DNA of 63,659 nucleotides, the filler included, from Octopus bimaculoides (Eukaryota): the NCBI RefSeq assembly GCF_001194135.2. It is 3 parts of 3 records of this genome, joined end to end, with 100 filler letters (N's around TTAATTAATTAA, not from the genome) between each part and the next. Parts side by side here need not be neighbours in the genome. Positions count along the whole stretch, not along the records: positions 31,613 to 57,455 come from NC_068981.1; positions 57,556 to 63,659 come from NC_068990.1; 1 more part is not named here. One strand, given 5' to 3'. Under the pieces are notes generated by a model. It made no database searches, was not told where the DNA came from, and saw nothing but the letters and a program-made list of their open reading frames with translations. The position numbers were made by a program, and so were the translations under genes. Positions 49,217-63,487 of the stretch are shown here, one piece after another. The first letter of the stretch is position 1, and the number at the start of each line of letters is the position of its first letter.

Positions 49217-50765
49217 CATCACCACCACCGCCACCTACACCACTAAGGACATCGCGCAATCATCATTTCAACAACGTAAGCAGAACGAACAAAACAAAGA
49301 ATACGCGCGCGTGTAAACACATACACGCGCGCACTCATACACATGCGTACGCACATACCCTCACACTCACATGCACCGACGAACATGATCAGAGCAGTAA
49401 CCGTTTAGTTGGTTTGTTGTTAAAGCACACATTATTTACCAACGGTGATATACGATTGGGAAAGGCATGAATAGAACATCATATAATATTCTTCTCTCAA
49501 TTATTTCTGAGCCATAGTATAAACTATTATTGTTTGCCAGAAGAGTGGGTAAATCTTCTACGAAGCCAAGCCCACATCTCCATGACCTAAGGCATGAGTC
49601 CCACAACATCTCAGTTTTGTCCATCTTCATAACACGGACAGGTCTACTGTTCCCTCGTACGGTTCCAGCGAAAATATTCTAGATAATTCCTACAAACCCT
49701 GTTTCTAAGGAAGCAAATTGCTGATATAATAGTGCTAAACAAAATAGCTTACAATTTTAATCTGTTCGTATCAGAGCTGCCCAGTCATTTTTTTTTGTGC
49801 ACAACGAACTGGTTTTATGCAAGACCGTTTCTCCACGGACGGGGGATCATGCGCATAGCTTAGCAAAACACAAATAAAGTGCATGATATATATATATATT
49901 ATATATATATATATATATATAATGGGAAATGACGAATGCTATAAGTTATTGAAAGAGGCATGTAATACCCAAGAAAACGATATATAAAATTACAATACGC
50001 AATAAGCGATTAAGTTTAACAGCCTCACTAATCGAGATTACCCACATACCAGTAATACATGCGGCAATCCATTCGGCAGTTCATATATAATCACACAAGA
50101 AAAAAATTTACCGTGTTATGTATTTTCATTAAAAATTGTTTGGGCATAGAAGGGTCCTTTAAATCAATCTTGCTCTGATCAACGTTAATCCGTTGGATAT
50201 GATGTACCTTTTTTAAATTTTTTAAATTATATTTCAATTTTTCATCAATCCCTATAACCATCCGTATTTTCAATTAGCCAACCGTGTAGGTGCTCATTTA
50301 CCTCATCATCTTTCTAAGTAACCAGCCAACCAACCAACCAACAGAAAAACCACCCAGCCGACCAATAACGCCAGCCGTCTAACCAGCCGCTTTGCTTTTC
50401 CTCCGTTCACTCATCCTACCATCCACCTTTTCAAAGGACCAACCGACCAACCGACCCACTAACCAACTAAATAATACCCAACCAGCCGTCTAACCTTCCG
50501 GCCAGCCATTCAAATTTTGAATCAACCACGTAGCTACATATCCTTCCCTATCCATATAATTTACTCATTATATCCTTCCAGTGAGATATCCATCCATGCA
50601 TTTCCCCAACCTGTCCAATCAACCATCCTTCCATCCAACAAGACAACATCCTGTCTTCCAAATTCTCTTACAAATTGACGATAGAAGATCAGAAATACAC
50701 TTTATATTCTCCTAACCGGATTCAGCCGACACTTTTTAAATGTTACTATTATTGCTGCTACCTGT

Positions 50766-51477
<712 letters not shown>

Positions 51478-51486
51478 GTTATTAAG

Positions 51487-51714
51487 GCAGCGAGCTGGCA
51501 GAATCGTTGGCATGCTAGACGAAATGCTTAGCGGTATTTCGCCCATCGCTACGTTCTGAGTTCAAATTCCGACGTGGTCGACTTTGCCTTTCTTCCTTTC
51601 GAGGTCGATAAATTAAGTACCAGTTGAACACCGAAGTCGATGTAATCGACTCATCCCGTCCCGCAAAATTGCTGCACATGTGGCAAAATATGGAACCGTT
51701 ATTATTATTATTAC

Positions 51715-51754
<40 letters not shown>

Positions 51755-52205
51755 ATTATTATTATTATTATTAAGGTAGCGGGCTGGCAGAATCATTAGC
51801 ACGTAGGGCAATATGCTTAGCGGCATTTTGTCCGTCTTTACGTTGTGAATTCAAATTCCACCGCGGTCGACTTTGCCTTTCATCCTTTCAGGATCGATAA
51901 AATAAGTACCAGCTGAGTACTGCGGGTCGATGTAATCGACATATCCTTCCCCGAAATTGCTGGCCTTGTGCAAAAATTTGAAACCTAAGGTGTCGTGTTG
52001 GCAGAATCGTTAGTACGTCGGTCGAAATGCTTAGCGGTATTTTGTCCGTCTTCACGTTCTAAGTTCAAGTTCCGCCGAGGTCGACTTTGCCTTTCATTCT
52101 TTCAGGGTCGATAAATTAAGTACCAATGAAACACTGGGGTCGATGTAATCGACTAGTCCCCCACCCCCCCAAAAATTTCAAGGCCTTGTGCCTTCAGTAG
52201 AAAAG
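51487..52205 (+). mobile_element. three head-to-tail SINE family 3 copies
   Basis: Heads at about 51487, 51776 and 51997; the first two each follow an (ATT)n tract. Confidence 0.85.
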
Positions 52206-53026
52206 GATTATTATTGAATGGCTCATGATTATTGTTATTCAACTATTACCACAAATAGTTGTTTCTAACTTAGGCACAAGACCAGCACATTTTGAAGGAA
52301 TGGGGATTACATTTTAAGGGAGAGAATTACATCGAGGTTAGTACTCTATCGATCCCCAGAATATACAAAGTAAAATTGATCTTGGTAAAATTTGAACTCG
52401 GAAAACAGCTGAAAAACAAATAAAACTCTAATGATTCTGCTAATAGCAAAAACTGTTTTCTTACCCTTTAAAAGTAATTATTCAGGCCAATAATCATAAG
52501 TATAGGTGTTTCAAATTTTGGCTCAAAGTCAGTCATTTTAATGGGAGGGAGTTAGTCTATCACATTTACCCGGTACTTGACTGGTTCTTTTTTTTTTTAA
52601 CGACCTCGAAAGGATTAAAGGCAAAGGAGGCCTCGGTGGGATTTGAAATCAGAACGCGTCAAGAACTAACGCTCGAACTATTCTTCCTGGTCATCGCATC
52701 ATCACCACGATTATAACCGTAATATTTCTACCTCAGCAACTGATAAAGATGATGATGATGGTGGTGTTTAGTAATAATAATATTGTTGGCAGGGTTTGGA
52801 CTCAGAACATAAAGAGACATTAATAAATACCATCCTATCCTGCTAATTCAACTGCTGTATTTAGTTATGTCCCTCGACATTCTGACTTCATAGACCGTCT
52901 AGGTCAACTTTGCCTTTCATTTTTTGAGGATCGATAAAATAAAGTACCAGTCAGGTACTGGCTTTGATGCAATCGACTTAACCACTTCCCCTAATGTTGC
53001 TGGCCTTGTGACAACATTTGAAACGA

Positions 53027-53073
<47 letters not shown>

Positions 53074-55442
53074 GCATCGTTAAAGTGGAGTTCGTCTTTC
53101 ATTATTACCGAGTCGATAAAATAAAGTACCAATCAATTACTGAAGTACTTGATTGGTACTTTCTTGAGGTACTCGAAGATAATCCTTTATCTTCGACATC
53201 CTAATTCATTTCCCCAGAGGGTAACCCGCTTATAACCTAAGGTATGCTTTGTACTTAAAACTGGCCAACCCGCTTTCACCATTAGGGTCAAAGTCAACAT
53301 TTTTCATCAAATCCAGTATTGCATCTGGTTAGATCATCATCGAGTTGGAAAGTTTATATAGGACTTTCTTAAAGCTCCCCGTAATACGACAAGACTGCAA
53401 CCTAGGTTTTGAAGTTCAGAAGAGTAATCTGTTGTACAGTTGGTCTTCTCAAAGCATGTCCAATCAAAAGTGATTATTTTGAATATAAAATACTATCAAT
53501 TTAGAAGGTCTGCGCGCTTGTAATTTGCTGTTTATTATTTATATATTTTCTGGAAAAATATTTTCATCTGATGTTCGTTCCCTTCTCACATTTAATTCTT
53601 TTATCGTTATAACTCTCCTCCCCATAACATTTGTAGCTTTGTGCTTATATTAGAAAGCAATTGTTTCCTGACTCTTCTCTTCCATCACCATTGACGTCAC
53701 ACATAAGACATTGAAGAAAAAAAGGGTGAGAAGGAGGTTGGAGTAGTAGTGGTGGTGGTGGTGGTGTCTTATTTCTAGGTGTTACTATTGAACTTGCCAC
53801 AGTGTCTTTCAATCAATCAAAGAGTACGTACGTGACGCCATCAACTACTGCTGATGTTATTGTAGATGAAGATGATGATGTTGTAGATGAAGATGATGAT
53901 GTTGTTGATGCTTCTGCTGCTGCTGCTGCTGACACTGTCGTTGCTATTACAATTTCTATTTTTTTTCCTAATCTGTTGTTAGTATTAATTTCTTGCAGGT
54001 TGGACGGGTTGGCAGAACCGTTACATTCCCGGATTAAATTGTTTTTGACGTGTTTAATTTCGTCTTTCTAATCTGTGGTGCTGGATGGTGAAGTCCCTCG
54101 CTGACTCGCTCTCTGGCCCTGTGTGTGTGTGTGTGTATGTGTCTCACTCTCTGTGTTTTAGTTAATAAAAAAAGAACCACTAATATATTAAAGAAAAAAC
54201 ATCGGTACAATTAACAGTACCTTTTCATCTGTAGAAGTTGACCGTACACCTCTGTATAAAGAAGTATCAAAATATTTATTACATTGTATTAGACCCCAAA
54301 TCTGCCGGGAGGTGAAATAGATTTCATATAATGGCATATACCTCTCAACAGGGTGGGGGTGGGGGTCTACTGCATACAAATCTTGACAAGGTGTTTTACA
54401 TTATCTAATTCTGCACGTCTCAAATTTAGGTTCAAAATTTCCTCAAAGTCGATTTTGCTTCTCTTCTTTACCAGACTGATAAATTTAACTAACAGTTATT
54501 GTCGTCGTCACTTCGTTATTGTTGCTGCTTTTTAACCTCAGGTTGAATCAATGAACCAAATCAACACAAGACACAAGGTTTTACACCGTTAAGTTTCGAT
54601 TGTATTACTTGCAAGAGGGGCAATCTGCTTTTCAGGACCGGTTTAAGCTAGTGCAGCATATGTTATAAACCGGTTTTAAATAATAAAAAAAGGGGGTGGA
54701 GAGTACACTCTAAATTTAAAAACTAATTACTTTATCCAATTATAATTATTGCTATGGGTCCAACTGCACATTTGAAGGACTGGTGGTCACCATTAGTTTG
54801 CTAGACATGTATTATACTGAAGAGCCGAATTATAATTATTTGTACGGCATCATCTGTATAAATTGACAAATGCATATAGGTCAGATAGCTGCGGGGACGG
54901 GTCATCGGACAGTTTAGGCACGATAAATTATAGAGCGAACTTGAATGGGTCGATTGTTTCTCTATAGATCCTCATTTTCGTTTGAAACCAAATCTAGAAG
55001 CACACAGCTTTATCTACTATAATATTGTGCGAATTCATTAATTGTGTTGTTACTTAAGCAACTGAGATATTCTCTCTCCTAATATGCAATCTTAATATAA
55101 TGTAATTTTGTTACTGTGGTCTTACTTTGAAATTGCAACTGTATTAAATTTAAACTTGTTTGTACTAGTTTTTGCTTAACAGCATTTGGTGAAGTAGAGA
55201 CTATACACGATAAAATGTTTGCTACTTGTTTACAAATCTGATTGGATAGTTAGCATTATGATGTCTATAAGATATTAGTAGTCATCGTGGGGGTGAGCTG
55301 GCAGAATCGTTTGCAAGCCGGGCAAAATGCTTAGAGGCATTTCGTCCGTCTTTACGTTTTAAGTTCAAATTCTGCCGAGGTCGACTTTGCCTTTCTCTCT
55401 TTCGAGGTAATCGACTTACTCCTCCCTCCAAATTGGTGGCTT

Positions 55443-55773
55443 TCTCCAAGGTTCAACTCCCCATTTCTGCACTGCTGATAAAGCTGGAGCATCATCCCCT
55501 AATGTAGCAACCATCTCAGCATGAATGTCCTTGGGGATAAACCATTTTTCTGCAGGTACTTAATAACACCACGATGTCAAATATTGTCCACTTTCAAGAG
55601 AAGTCTTTACTAGTTACTTTTGAAGTCTTCTTTCAACAGTGAGATATGAGTTTACCTGGAAAGAAACAATGCAGTTATTAATAAAAAGTGTTGAAATTAA
55701 TGCACGCAATATTTCACCGCTCTAGTGTCACTTCTTCATAGTCAGCCTATGAACTTCTCAGTCCACCCTCGTA
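55443..55773 (-). mobile_element. mariner 5' fragment
   Basis: TA-CGAGGGTGGACTGAGAAGTTCATAGGCTG TIR. The frame HRGVIKYLQKNGLSPKDIHAEMVATLGDDAPALSAVQKW is an N-terminal HTH-type sequence. It abuts a family 3 SINE at 55290-55445. Confidence 0.8.
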
Positions 55774-57556
55774 GTCATCTGATTCGGTTAACCGATCATA
55801 TTTATGCGAAAAAATAATAGTTAAGCACTATTAGTGTATGACGAGCTTAATGCATCGAAATAGAGAAACAGAATGGCAGGTCTTTTAATTTACATTCGGC
55901 AAAAATTAATTGTAATTTCTATCTAACGCTACTCTTCAATTTGATTGTTGTAAGGTATTTAATTTAAAGCGTATTAGATCTAAGAAAAATTCCGAATATT
56001 GAATCAGCCTAAAAAATCCAAGATCTTTATAAAGGTTGAAGGTTGTATAGTACTATTAGTAACAGAGCAAATTCACTTTAAATTACTTACAGGGAAGCAG
56101 GCTCCATTGGAAACAAATTCAACACTTCTAAATCTAAGTGGCCTCTCGATCTAGCAGAAACGAATTCTTCCTCAAACCACACCATACAGTCTTTTTTTTA
56201 CCAAAGAAAACACTTTGGATAGATTAATCCTAGGAGTACGTTTCATTGTCTGCTTGACTTAACTAACCTGGAGCTAAACAATAAAAACAATATGAACGTT
56301 TCACAATTTAATTTCTCTTCCTTCATAATTTTTGTGGTCTTATGCCAAAAATTATTTCCCTGTCTAATTAAAGCGAGTCTACTTACCCCCAAGTTACAAT
56401 GGTGTTCACTAATCTGTTAATAGTCTTTTTCAAAAGAGATAAATACCATTAATTTTCATTTCCCTTCTCCTCATGAGATATTCATCTCCAAGTCTCATAA
56501 GTCGGTATTTCGATACTTTCACCATTCAGCTATGATATACATACATACATACATACATGCATACATACATACATACATACATACATACATACATGTACGT
56601 ATGTATGTATGTATGATGTATGGACGTATGTCTTTGTGTATATATATTATATATAAACAAAAGAAGGTATAATGATTTCTTCATTATGCCTGGAACATTT
56701 AGGACAATAGATTTAAGTGATTTGCAGAGCACAATTCCCATAGCGATTTACTCTCCCTCTCCCTCTCTCTTTCTCATGCACAAGCTTTCTCCGGTAGCTA
56801 TGAATCTGTCCAAGAGGTGATATATTGATTTCTTACATTGGCATCAGGTCATAAACTTGTACGAGAGGTGGTATGGTCAATTGAAACGATCTCAATAATC
56901 ATTGTATTTATTTTATCGATTTCGAAGTGTGTGAGATGCAAAGACAATCTCGGTTGAATTTGCACTTAGAACATATATGGACGAAATTAAATACCAAAAG
57001 ACATTCAACCCGGCACAATGACATTTCTGCTAACTCTAGCATACTTCTTTGCCATATATTTGAGTGGTTTCCACAAGAAATAGAACATAAATAGAAACAC
57101 CAAGACGTTGTGTAAGGTAAATTACAACGATACAGTTTGAATCTCAATTTACAGCCGAAACTTTACTTTCCAATTTCCTCGTCGTCAATAAAACTTTTTT
57201 CTGTATAACTAAAGCCCCGGGGTGTTTCTGAAACAAACCAATCCAATACATTCAAGTCTTCAATGAAAAAAATAAGCTTGATACTAGAGCGGGAAAATCC
57301 GCAATATTTATTTACTAGGAGATACATTTGTTTTCCTTCTATTATGGACTTTACAGAGACTGGTATCAATATTGTTCTCGGAGAAAGTTCTTTTCGAAAC
57401 ATCAGGACTCACCTTTCCTTGCAGGAAACGAACTTTATCTTATATATCGAATATTNNNNNNNNNNNNNNNNNNNNNNNNNNNNNNNNNNNNNNNNNNNNT
57501 TAATTAATTAANNNNNNNNNNNNNNNNNNNNNNNNNNNNNNNNNNNNNNNNNNNNC

Positions 57557-58650
57557 ACAGACACGACAGAGTTGGGACCAATATACACTGGAAGCTATGC
57601 CAACACTATGGAATAACAACAGAATAAAGATGGTATGCAAACGGTCACAGAAAATGAGGAAGCAACCATACTCTGGGATATGCCAATACACACAGATAGA
57701 GAAATTAAGGTGAATAGGCCGGATATAGTCAGAAATCACCAGGAAAAAAATGCTTTCTAATCGATGTATCAATACCAACAGATGACGATGTTTCTCTAAA
57801 AGAAANNNNNNNNNNAAAAGTCCCTTCATGGCAAATACTGGGTTAAACTAAACAGAAAAGAAATAAACAAAGCAAAATCCTAACAACGGCTGCGAAGCTC
57901 AGGACTCAAAGTAGAGACTGAAGGATTTTTAATTGCAGCACAAGATCAAAGCCTTCCGACTAGAAATTATCAAAAACATGTAATGAAAGGAAATACAAGT
58001 AACTGCAGAATATGTGATAGACAAGAAACAATAAATTATATTGTTTCTGGCAGCCGAGTCCTGACTAAGAAGGAATATATTCACAGACACGACAGAGTTG
58101 GGACCAATATACACTGGAAGCTATGCCAACACTATGGAATAACAACAGAATAAAGATGGTATGCAAACGGTCACAGAAAATGAGGAAGCAACCATACTCT
58201 GGGATATGCCAATACACACAGATAGAGANNNNNNNNNNGGTGAATAGGCCGGATATAGTCAGAAATCACCAGGAAAAAAATGCTTTCTAATCGATGTATC
58301 AATACCAACAGATGACGATGTTTCTCTAAAAGAAACAGAAACTTTCAAAGTACAAAGATCTGAAAACAGACGTAGCTCGAATGTGATGCTTGAAAACATT
58401 TCCTAATATAGTTGGCGCATTTGGTATGATAAAAAAAAACATTCAGGCAAATATATAACAAAACCACCAGGACTTACAAATATATACAACATAAAGAAAA
58501 TAGCAATACTAGGCACCGCACACTTTCAATACTTTCAATACGTTCAATACAGTGAAAATAGGAGCACCACAGCAAACCACAGTACATACCCGAAGCACAA
58601 AGAGCTGCGCTTGGTAGTGCAGTGAGAGCACGTGATAAAAATAAGAGTAC
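57557..58650 (+). mobile_element. 3' fragment of an R4/Dong-type (RLE) LINE, subfamily B
   Basis: EGFLIAAQDQSLPTRNY, CRICDRQETINYIVSG, HDRVGTNIHWKLC, NRPDIV...CFLIDVSIP. Confidence 0.85.
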
Positions 58651-58651
58651 T

Positions 58652-58794
58652 GAAGAAGAAGAAGAAGAAGAAGAAGAAGAAGAAGAAGAAGAAGAAGAAG
58701 AAGAAGAAGAAGAAGAAGAAGAAGAAGAAGAAGAAGAAGAAGAAGAAGAAGAAGAAGAAGAAGAAGAAGAAGAAGAAGAAGAAGAAGAAGAAGA
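58652..58794 (+). repeat. pure (GAA)n, about 48 units
   Basis: Read directly; it sits at the tail position of the preceding LINE. Confidence 0.95.
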
Positions 58795-59358
58795 TTCAGT
58801 ACCAAATAGTGGCTCTTATAGCTTCTGATCTTAACTAACAGGAAGTGTTATATCATGTACATTGTTTTGTCTTCGTATAAAAGATGGGCTACAGCAAATA
58901 TTCTGCTCAATATCACAGATTTGTTTGTTACTTGTTTAACTTTAACTAGTTGAGCATGTCCCTTAGTGGCTGATGATATGTACATCTCTGAAGTAGTAGG
59001 GGAGCATCATAGTTATGTGTTAAGAGGAATTCTTTCGGGTTTGGATAATTCGCCTCTGAGAACATGGGCGTGTCATTCAACATCCTTAAACAACCTTTAT
59101 TCGGGGACCTTTTGAGTGGTATGGGCTACTCTACCTGAAGAAAAATTGAACTGAGCCCCACCAGCAAGGTCATGCTCTGTTTATCTTGATATGAGATCAC
59201 CATGTCAGGCACATATGGTTGTGATGCATGTACCTAGTGTATCCTTATCAGACAGGTAGTCATGATGGGTATACTGGGCTTCGTATATTTTACCCCAGTA
59301 TTACTTTGATGGCATAAACTGCTCTCCCTCACTCAATAATAATAATAATAATAATAAT
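58795..59358 (+). mobile_element. family 5 (AAT)n-tailed retroposon
   Basis: Homologous to 50824-51381; ends CTCACTC(AAT)n. Confidence 0.75.
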
Positions 59359-59544
59359 CCATAAATCTGCCATCATTTGTCGTTTAAAGAAATCAGGGGA
59401 GAGAATATTAGGACCCCTAGCCTTATAGTAATAATATAATTATATTATAGTAATAATAGTGAAACTATAGAATTAAACAAGTAAATTATAAGGTTGGGAT
59501 CATTGTACTGATTGTGGAATTATGATAGTGAACAAGTAAATAAT

Positions 59545-62500
59545 AACCCAGAATGACTAACAAGTGGCGTTGAGAAATAGTCGAGTCGCTGGCGACTAGA
59601 CCGGTAACTCCACTAAGCTTGCTTGGTGAGGAGGGTACATTTCGATACCCTGCGGGATTAAAAACAAAACCCGGCAAAGAGCAGAGAAACCCAGAAGAGT
59701 CGAGGGCCATTCCGAAAACAGGTAGACAGAAGTCTTGAGCCTTGGTTGGCAGTTTGTTTAGGAAAAGGAACACTCTGATTTAAAAACTGAGGTAGATAGG
59801 ATTCCTTAGTTACAGTAGTGACAATCTGTCAGTGTCCAACAGCTTCATACCTGGGATGAAGGCGAATGAACAGTGAACCGGGACTTAACTCCGGGGCAAT
59901 ATTTGAATGAAGATACGGGGCCAACTGACGTTCACTTGTCTCCTAGCGAGAATCATGATCATGATTTCCAACACACAGAAATGTGAAGGGAAAAGGCCCA
60001 ACTTATGGGTAGTAAGAGCTCTGCGGTCTTGGTTGATAATCTTACTAGAGATGGTGTCTCGATAAAAATACCGGTTGGGGGCTAACCTTAAAACACCAAC
60101 TTCATTATTGAGTGAAAATGTCTAATTAAAATATATCAAATAACGGTGATAATGATGCTGGAACCAAAGGTGAAAGCCTTTCGCCCGGTAGGTGCCCTCA
60201 TCCAGAGACTGCTTGTACGCAAATCCAGAGGCAGAGGAGAAGGTGGGATAAGGAGGCAAGCCGAACGGGAATTGAGTGCTGGATCAGGAGTGAACTCAGC
60301 AGAAAGGGATTCCGACAACGAATGAAAGCAAAATAGAATGAAATAGGACTCTTCGAAATAAGTGAGCAACAGTTAGTCGACTAGGCAAGAGCAATAAGAG
60401 AAAAAGGGTTGTTAACAGACATGGAAATTGAAGGGGTAAAAGGGAAAGCAGAAAATAAAAATAATACTTCACCAAAAGATAACGTGCCCAGTGAAAACAG
60501 AAATGAATGGTGGCAGTAAAACGTGAAGCAAAGTGTAGATGTAAATGCATTCACAGCAAATGAAGCAGAAGTAATGGGAAAAGATATATCACAACAATAT
60601 GATGACCAACAACACATAGTGGAGATGCTGTGCCGACATTTTAGAGAAGACTAGGATCAATCTAAGGTACATTCATCGACGCAAGCTCAAAGTTGAAACC
60701 GAAAGGATAGATTCAGTTCTTGGGCTATTCCAGACGAGAAATATAACTGAAATTAACAAGATTATTTGGGCTATGGTTGCTGCAGATAGAGTTGGATACA
60801 AAAGAAAAGAACAAACAGAAGGCAAAGAACCATACTAGCGGAGACGAATTTGTGAGAAACAAAGTTACAAAGACATTTAGGACAAGTTGACAGATTAAGA
60901 AGTGGGGAATTGCAGAACGAAAGTATAAGAGTAATGCTGGAAAGGACATATATAATAAGAGATAAAGGGTATGGTGGGATACTGGAAGAATTGAAACAAA
61001 GAGTAGTAGCAATCAAAGCAAAACTGGAAAGGTATGACAGTAGAATAAAACAACTCAGGCAAACAGATAGTTTGAAGCAAATCAGAAGAAACTGTTTCAG
61101 GAACTAGATAGCCAAGTACACGTAACAATGATACCAGATGCAAAAGAAAGCAAGGCATTCTGGAGAGAGATCTGGGACCAACACGTAGAGCATAATGATG
61201 AAGCAAAGTGGCTGCATGAAATCCAAGATAGGCTAAGAAATATAGGAGACCAACATGACATAAAAATAACGACAGAAATTATAAAGAAGCAGTTAAGAAA
61301 ATTCCCAAATTGGGAGAGCCCAGGACCGGATGGGGTCCAACGTTATTGGATAACGAAACTAAGAGGGCTCTATGAAAGGATAGCACAACAGTTAGATGAG
61401 TGCTTGCAGGAAGGCGCAGTATCCAGCTGGATGACAAAGGGAAAGACATTGCTATGTACCAAGGATCCTGAAAAGGGGGATGTTGCATCCAACTTTAAAC
61501 CAGTAACATGCCTTCCACTAATATGGAAACTAATGTCAGGGGCTATGGCCGGTGAACTGTACAGATATTTGGAAAAACGTTGACTGCTACCCAGTGAACA
61601 GAAAGGGCGCCGAGAAAGAAGCCGCGGAACGAGGGATCAGCTCTTACTTGACTATCTAATTATCAAGAACTGCAAGAGAAGACATACAAACCTGAGAATG
61701 GCATGGGATTGACTATCGCAAAGCATACGATATGATACCACACTCCCGCATAATAAGAACAATAGAAATGTATGGAGTAGCAGAAAATATCAGAAGCTCT
61801 ATATAGAATAGCATGAGATGCTGGAGAACGGAATTGACAGAAGGGAAGCAAGTATTAGGAGAGGTGAAAATCAAGAGAGAAAATTTCTTGGGAATGAACC
61901 CCTTGAGTGAAATACTACAGAAAACAAAGTTGGGGTGTGACCTGGGAAGAAGTAATGTAAAACTGAACCACTTACTATTCATGAACGACCTGAAGCTATT
62001 CACAAAAGTGAGGCAGAACTGGATATCCTAGTCCAGTCTGTGCAGATTTTGTCCACTGATATTAAGATGGAGTTTGGACTCTCAAAGTGTGTTATGATGG
62101 TGATGAGATGAGTAAAGCTTGCCAGAACAGAAGGCATATGGTTGCTAAGTGGTGAGATTCTGAATGCAATTCAACCTCGGTCCGGTTATAAATACCTGGG
62201 AATATTTAAGGCAGATGGAATCAAGCACAATGACATGAGGGAAAGTAAGAAAAATATTGGCTTCAAAGCTGAATGCCAGAAATATGATTTCGGCAACAAA
62301 CTCGCGCAGAGTTGCAGTCGTTTGGTATGGCGCTGGAATCTTGAAGTGGACAGAGGAAGAGCTAAAGGAGGTGGACAGCAAGTCAAGAAAGCTCCCAATG
62401 ATGCATGGAGCCAATCATCCACGTGCAGACACTGATCGCCTATACATAAAGAGAGCAAATGGAGGAAGGGGACTGATAAATGTGGAAGATTACGTGCGTA

Positions 62501-63334
62501 TCGAACTCGAGAGCTTAATGAGATACCTGCCCAAATTTAAAAAAAACCCTTGTGGGATTGGTTGATGAAAAGAACCTTTAAAAAAGAGACCGAGAACACT
62601 ATACCGGCAGCGCAAGACCAAGGTTTGACCACGAAATGGGGGGTAAACCTTAGGAATGAGCAAGTGTCTCCGTTGTGCCGCATCTGCAATAGAGTGGATG
62701 AAAGCATTGCCCATATCACGAACGAATTCCCTAGACTTGTCCAAAAACACAAGTTGTGGCCTCACGACCAGGTAGCGAAAGTGCTACATTGGAAATTGTG
62801 CGGAAAGTGAGGGTTAAAGAGAAGCAAGACTTGGTATGAGCACAAATTGCAGAGAGTGGTGGAGTCGGAGACTAGCAAAATCCTCTAGAATTTCCCAATC
62901 CAAATAGATCAGGTGCTAGAGCATAACAGACCGGACCTCGTGGTGGTGGACAAGCTGCACCACATATGCTATATAGTTGATGTTGCATGCCCTTTTGACC
63001 CAAGAATAGTCAAGAAGGAAGGCGAAACGATAGACACATACAACCCTCTAGAATACAAAATAGGCCGGCTATGGAAAATGAAGAAGGTGGAGATAGTGCT
63101 AATTATTGTTGGATCCTTGGAGCAGTGTCAGAAGGCATCAACAGGAATTTAAAGGAAATTGGAATAGAGTGCCCAGTAGAACTGTAACAAAAGGTTTGCC
63201 TCCTTGGCACGGCTAGAATAATCAGGAATGCACTAGATAGTTGCAAAGAACGAGTAGCATGGTAACGTAGGCTGCAAGTAGTAAGCCTGCTACGCATGCA
63301 AAACTACAGGAGCTCCAACAAAACCTATAAGAGA

Positions 63335-63365
<31 letters not shown>
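59545..63365 (+). mobile_element. near-full-length, decayed R4/Dong-type non-LTR retrotransposon, subfamily A
   Basis: N-terminal RRWDKE...SEQQLVD motif; RT motifs SPGPDG, FKPVTCLP, AYDMIPH, LLFMNDLKL; CRIC knuckle; RLE NRPDLVVVD...VDVACP; (AAT)n tail at 63337-63365. Many stops and frameshifts. The 5' boundary is approximate. Confidence 0.9.
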
Positions 63366-63366
<1 letters not shown>

Positions 63367-63446
63367 AATTAAACCTTGGGAGAGGCATTATGCCGGTAAT
63401 AAACACACGCACTGGTTCAGTCCTTTATTAATTTATATAGTTTTTT

Positions 63447-63487
63447 GTTAAATTATTTCATTGCACTCTTGCAATCTCTTCAGTAAC
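63447..63487 (-). ncRNA. minimal type-I hammerhead-ribozyme-like motif
   Basis: GUUA-CUGAAGA-G-AUUGCA[AGAG]UGCAAU-GAAA-UAAUU-UAAC: 4-bp stem I, 6-bp stem II, NUH = AUU. Confidence 0.6.

Noticed and set aside
56830-57460. Cys-rich minus-strand frames suggesting a signal peptide/LRR-NT exon
   Set aside because: There are multiple stops, no consistent frame and no recognisable domain by eye.
57557-58335. Direct repeat of about 250 bp of LINE sequence (57557-57805 and 58080-58335)
   Set aside because: The copies are essentially identical, out of order and bounded by Ns; probably an assembly overlap.
58509-58838. Poly-E, poly-K and poly-L ORFs, and similar YIYI, HTHT and poly-N/I/T ORFs at 6831-7136, 45529-46275, 48563-49316 and 51181-51826
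   Set aside because: They are translations of microsatellites.
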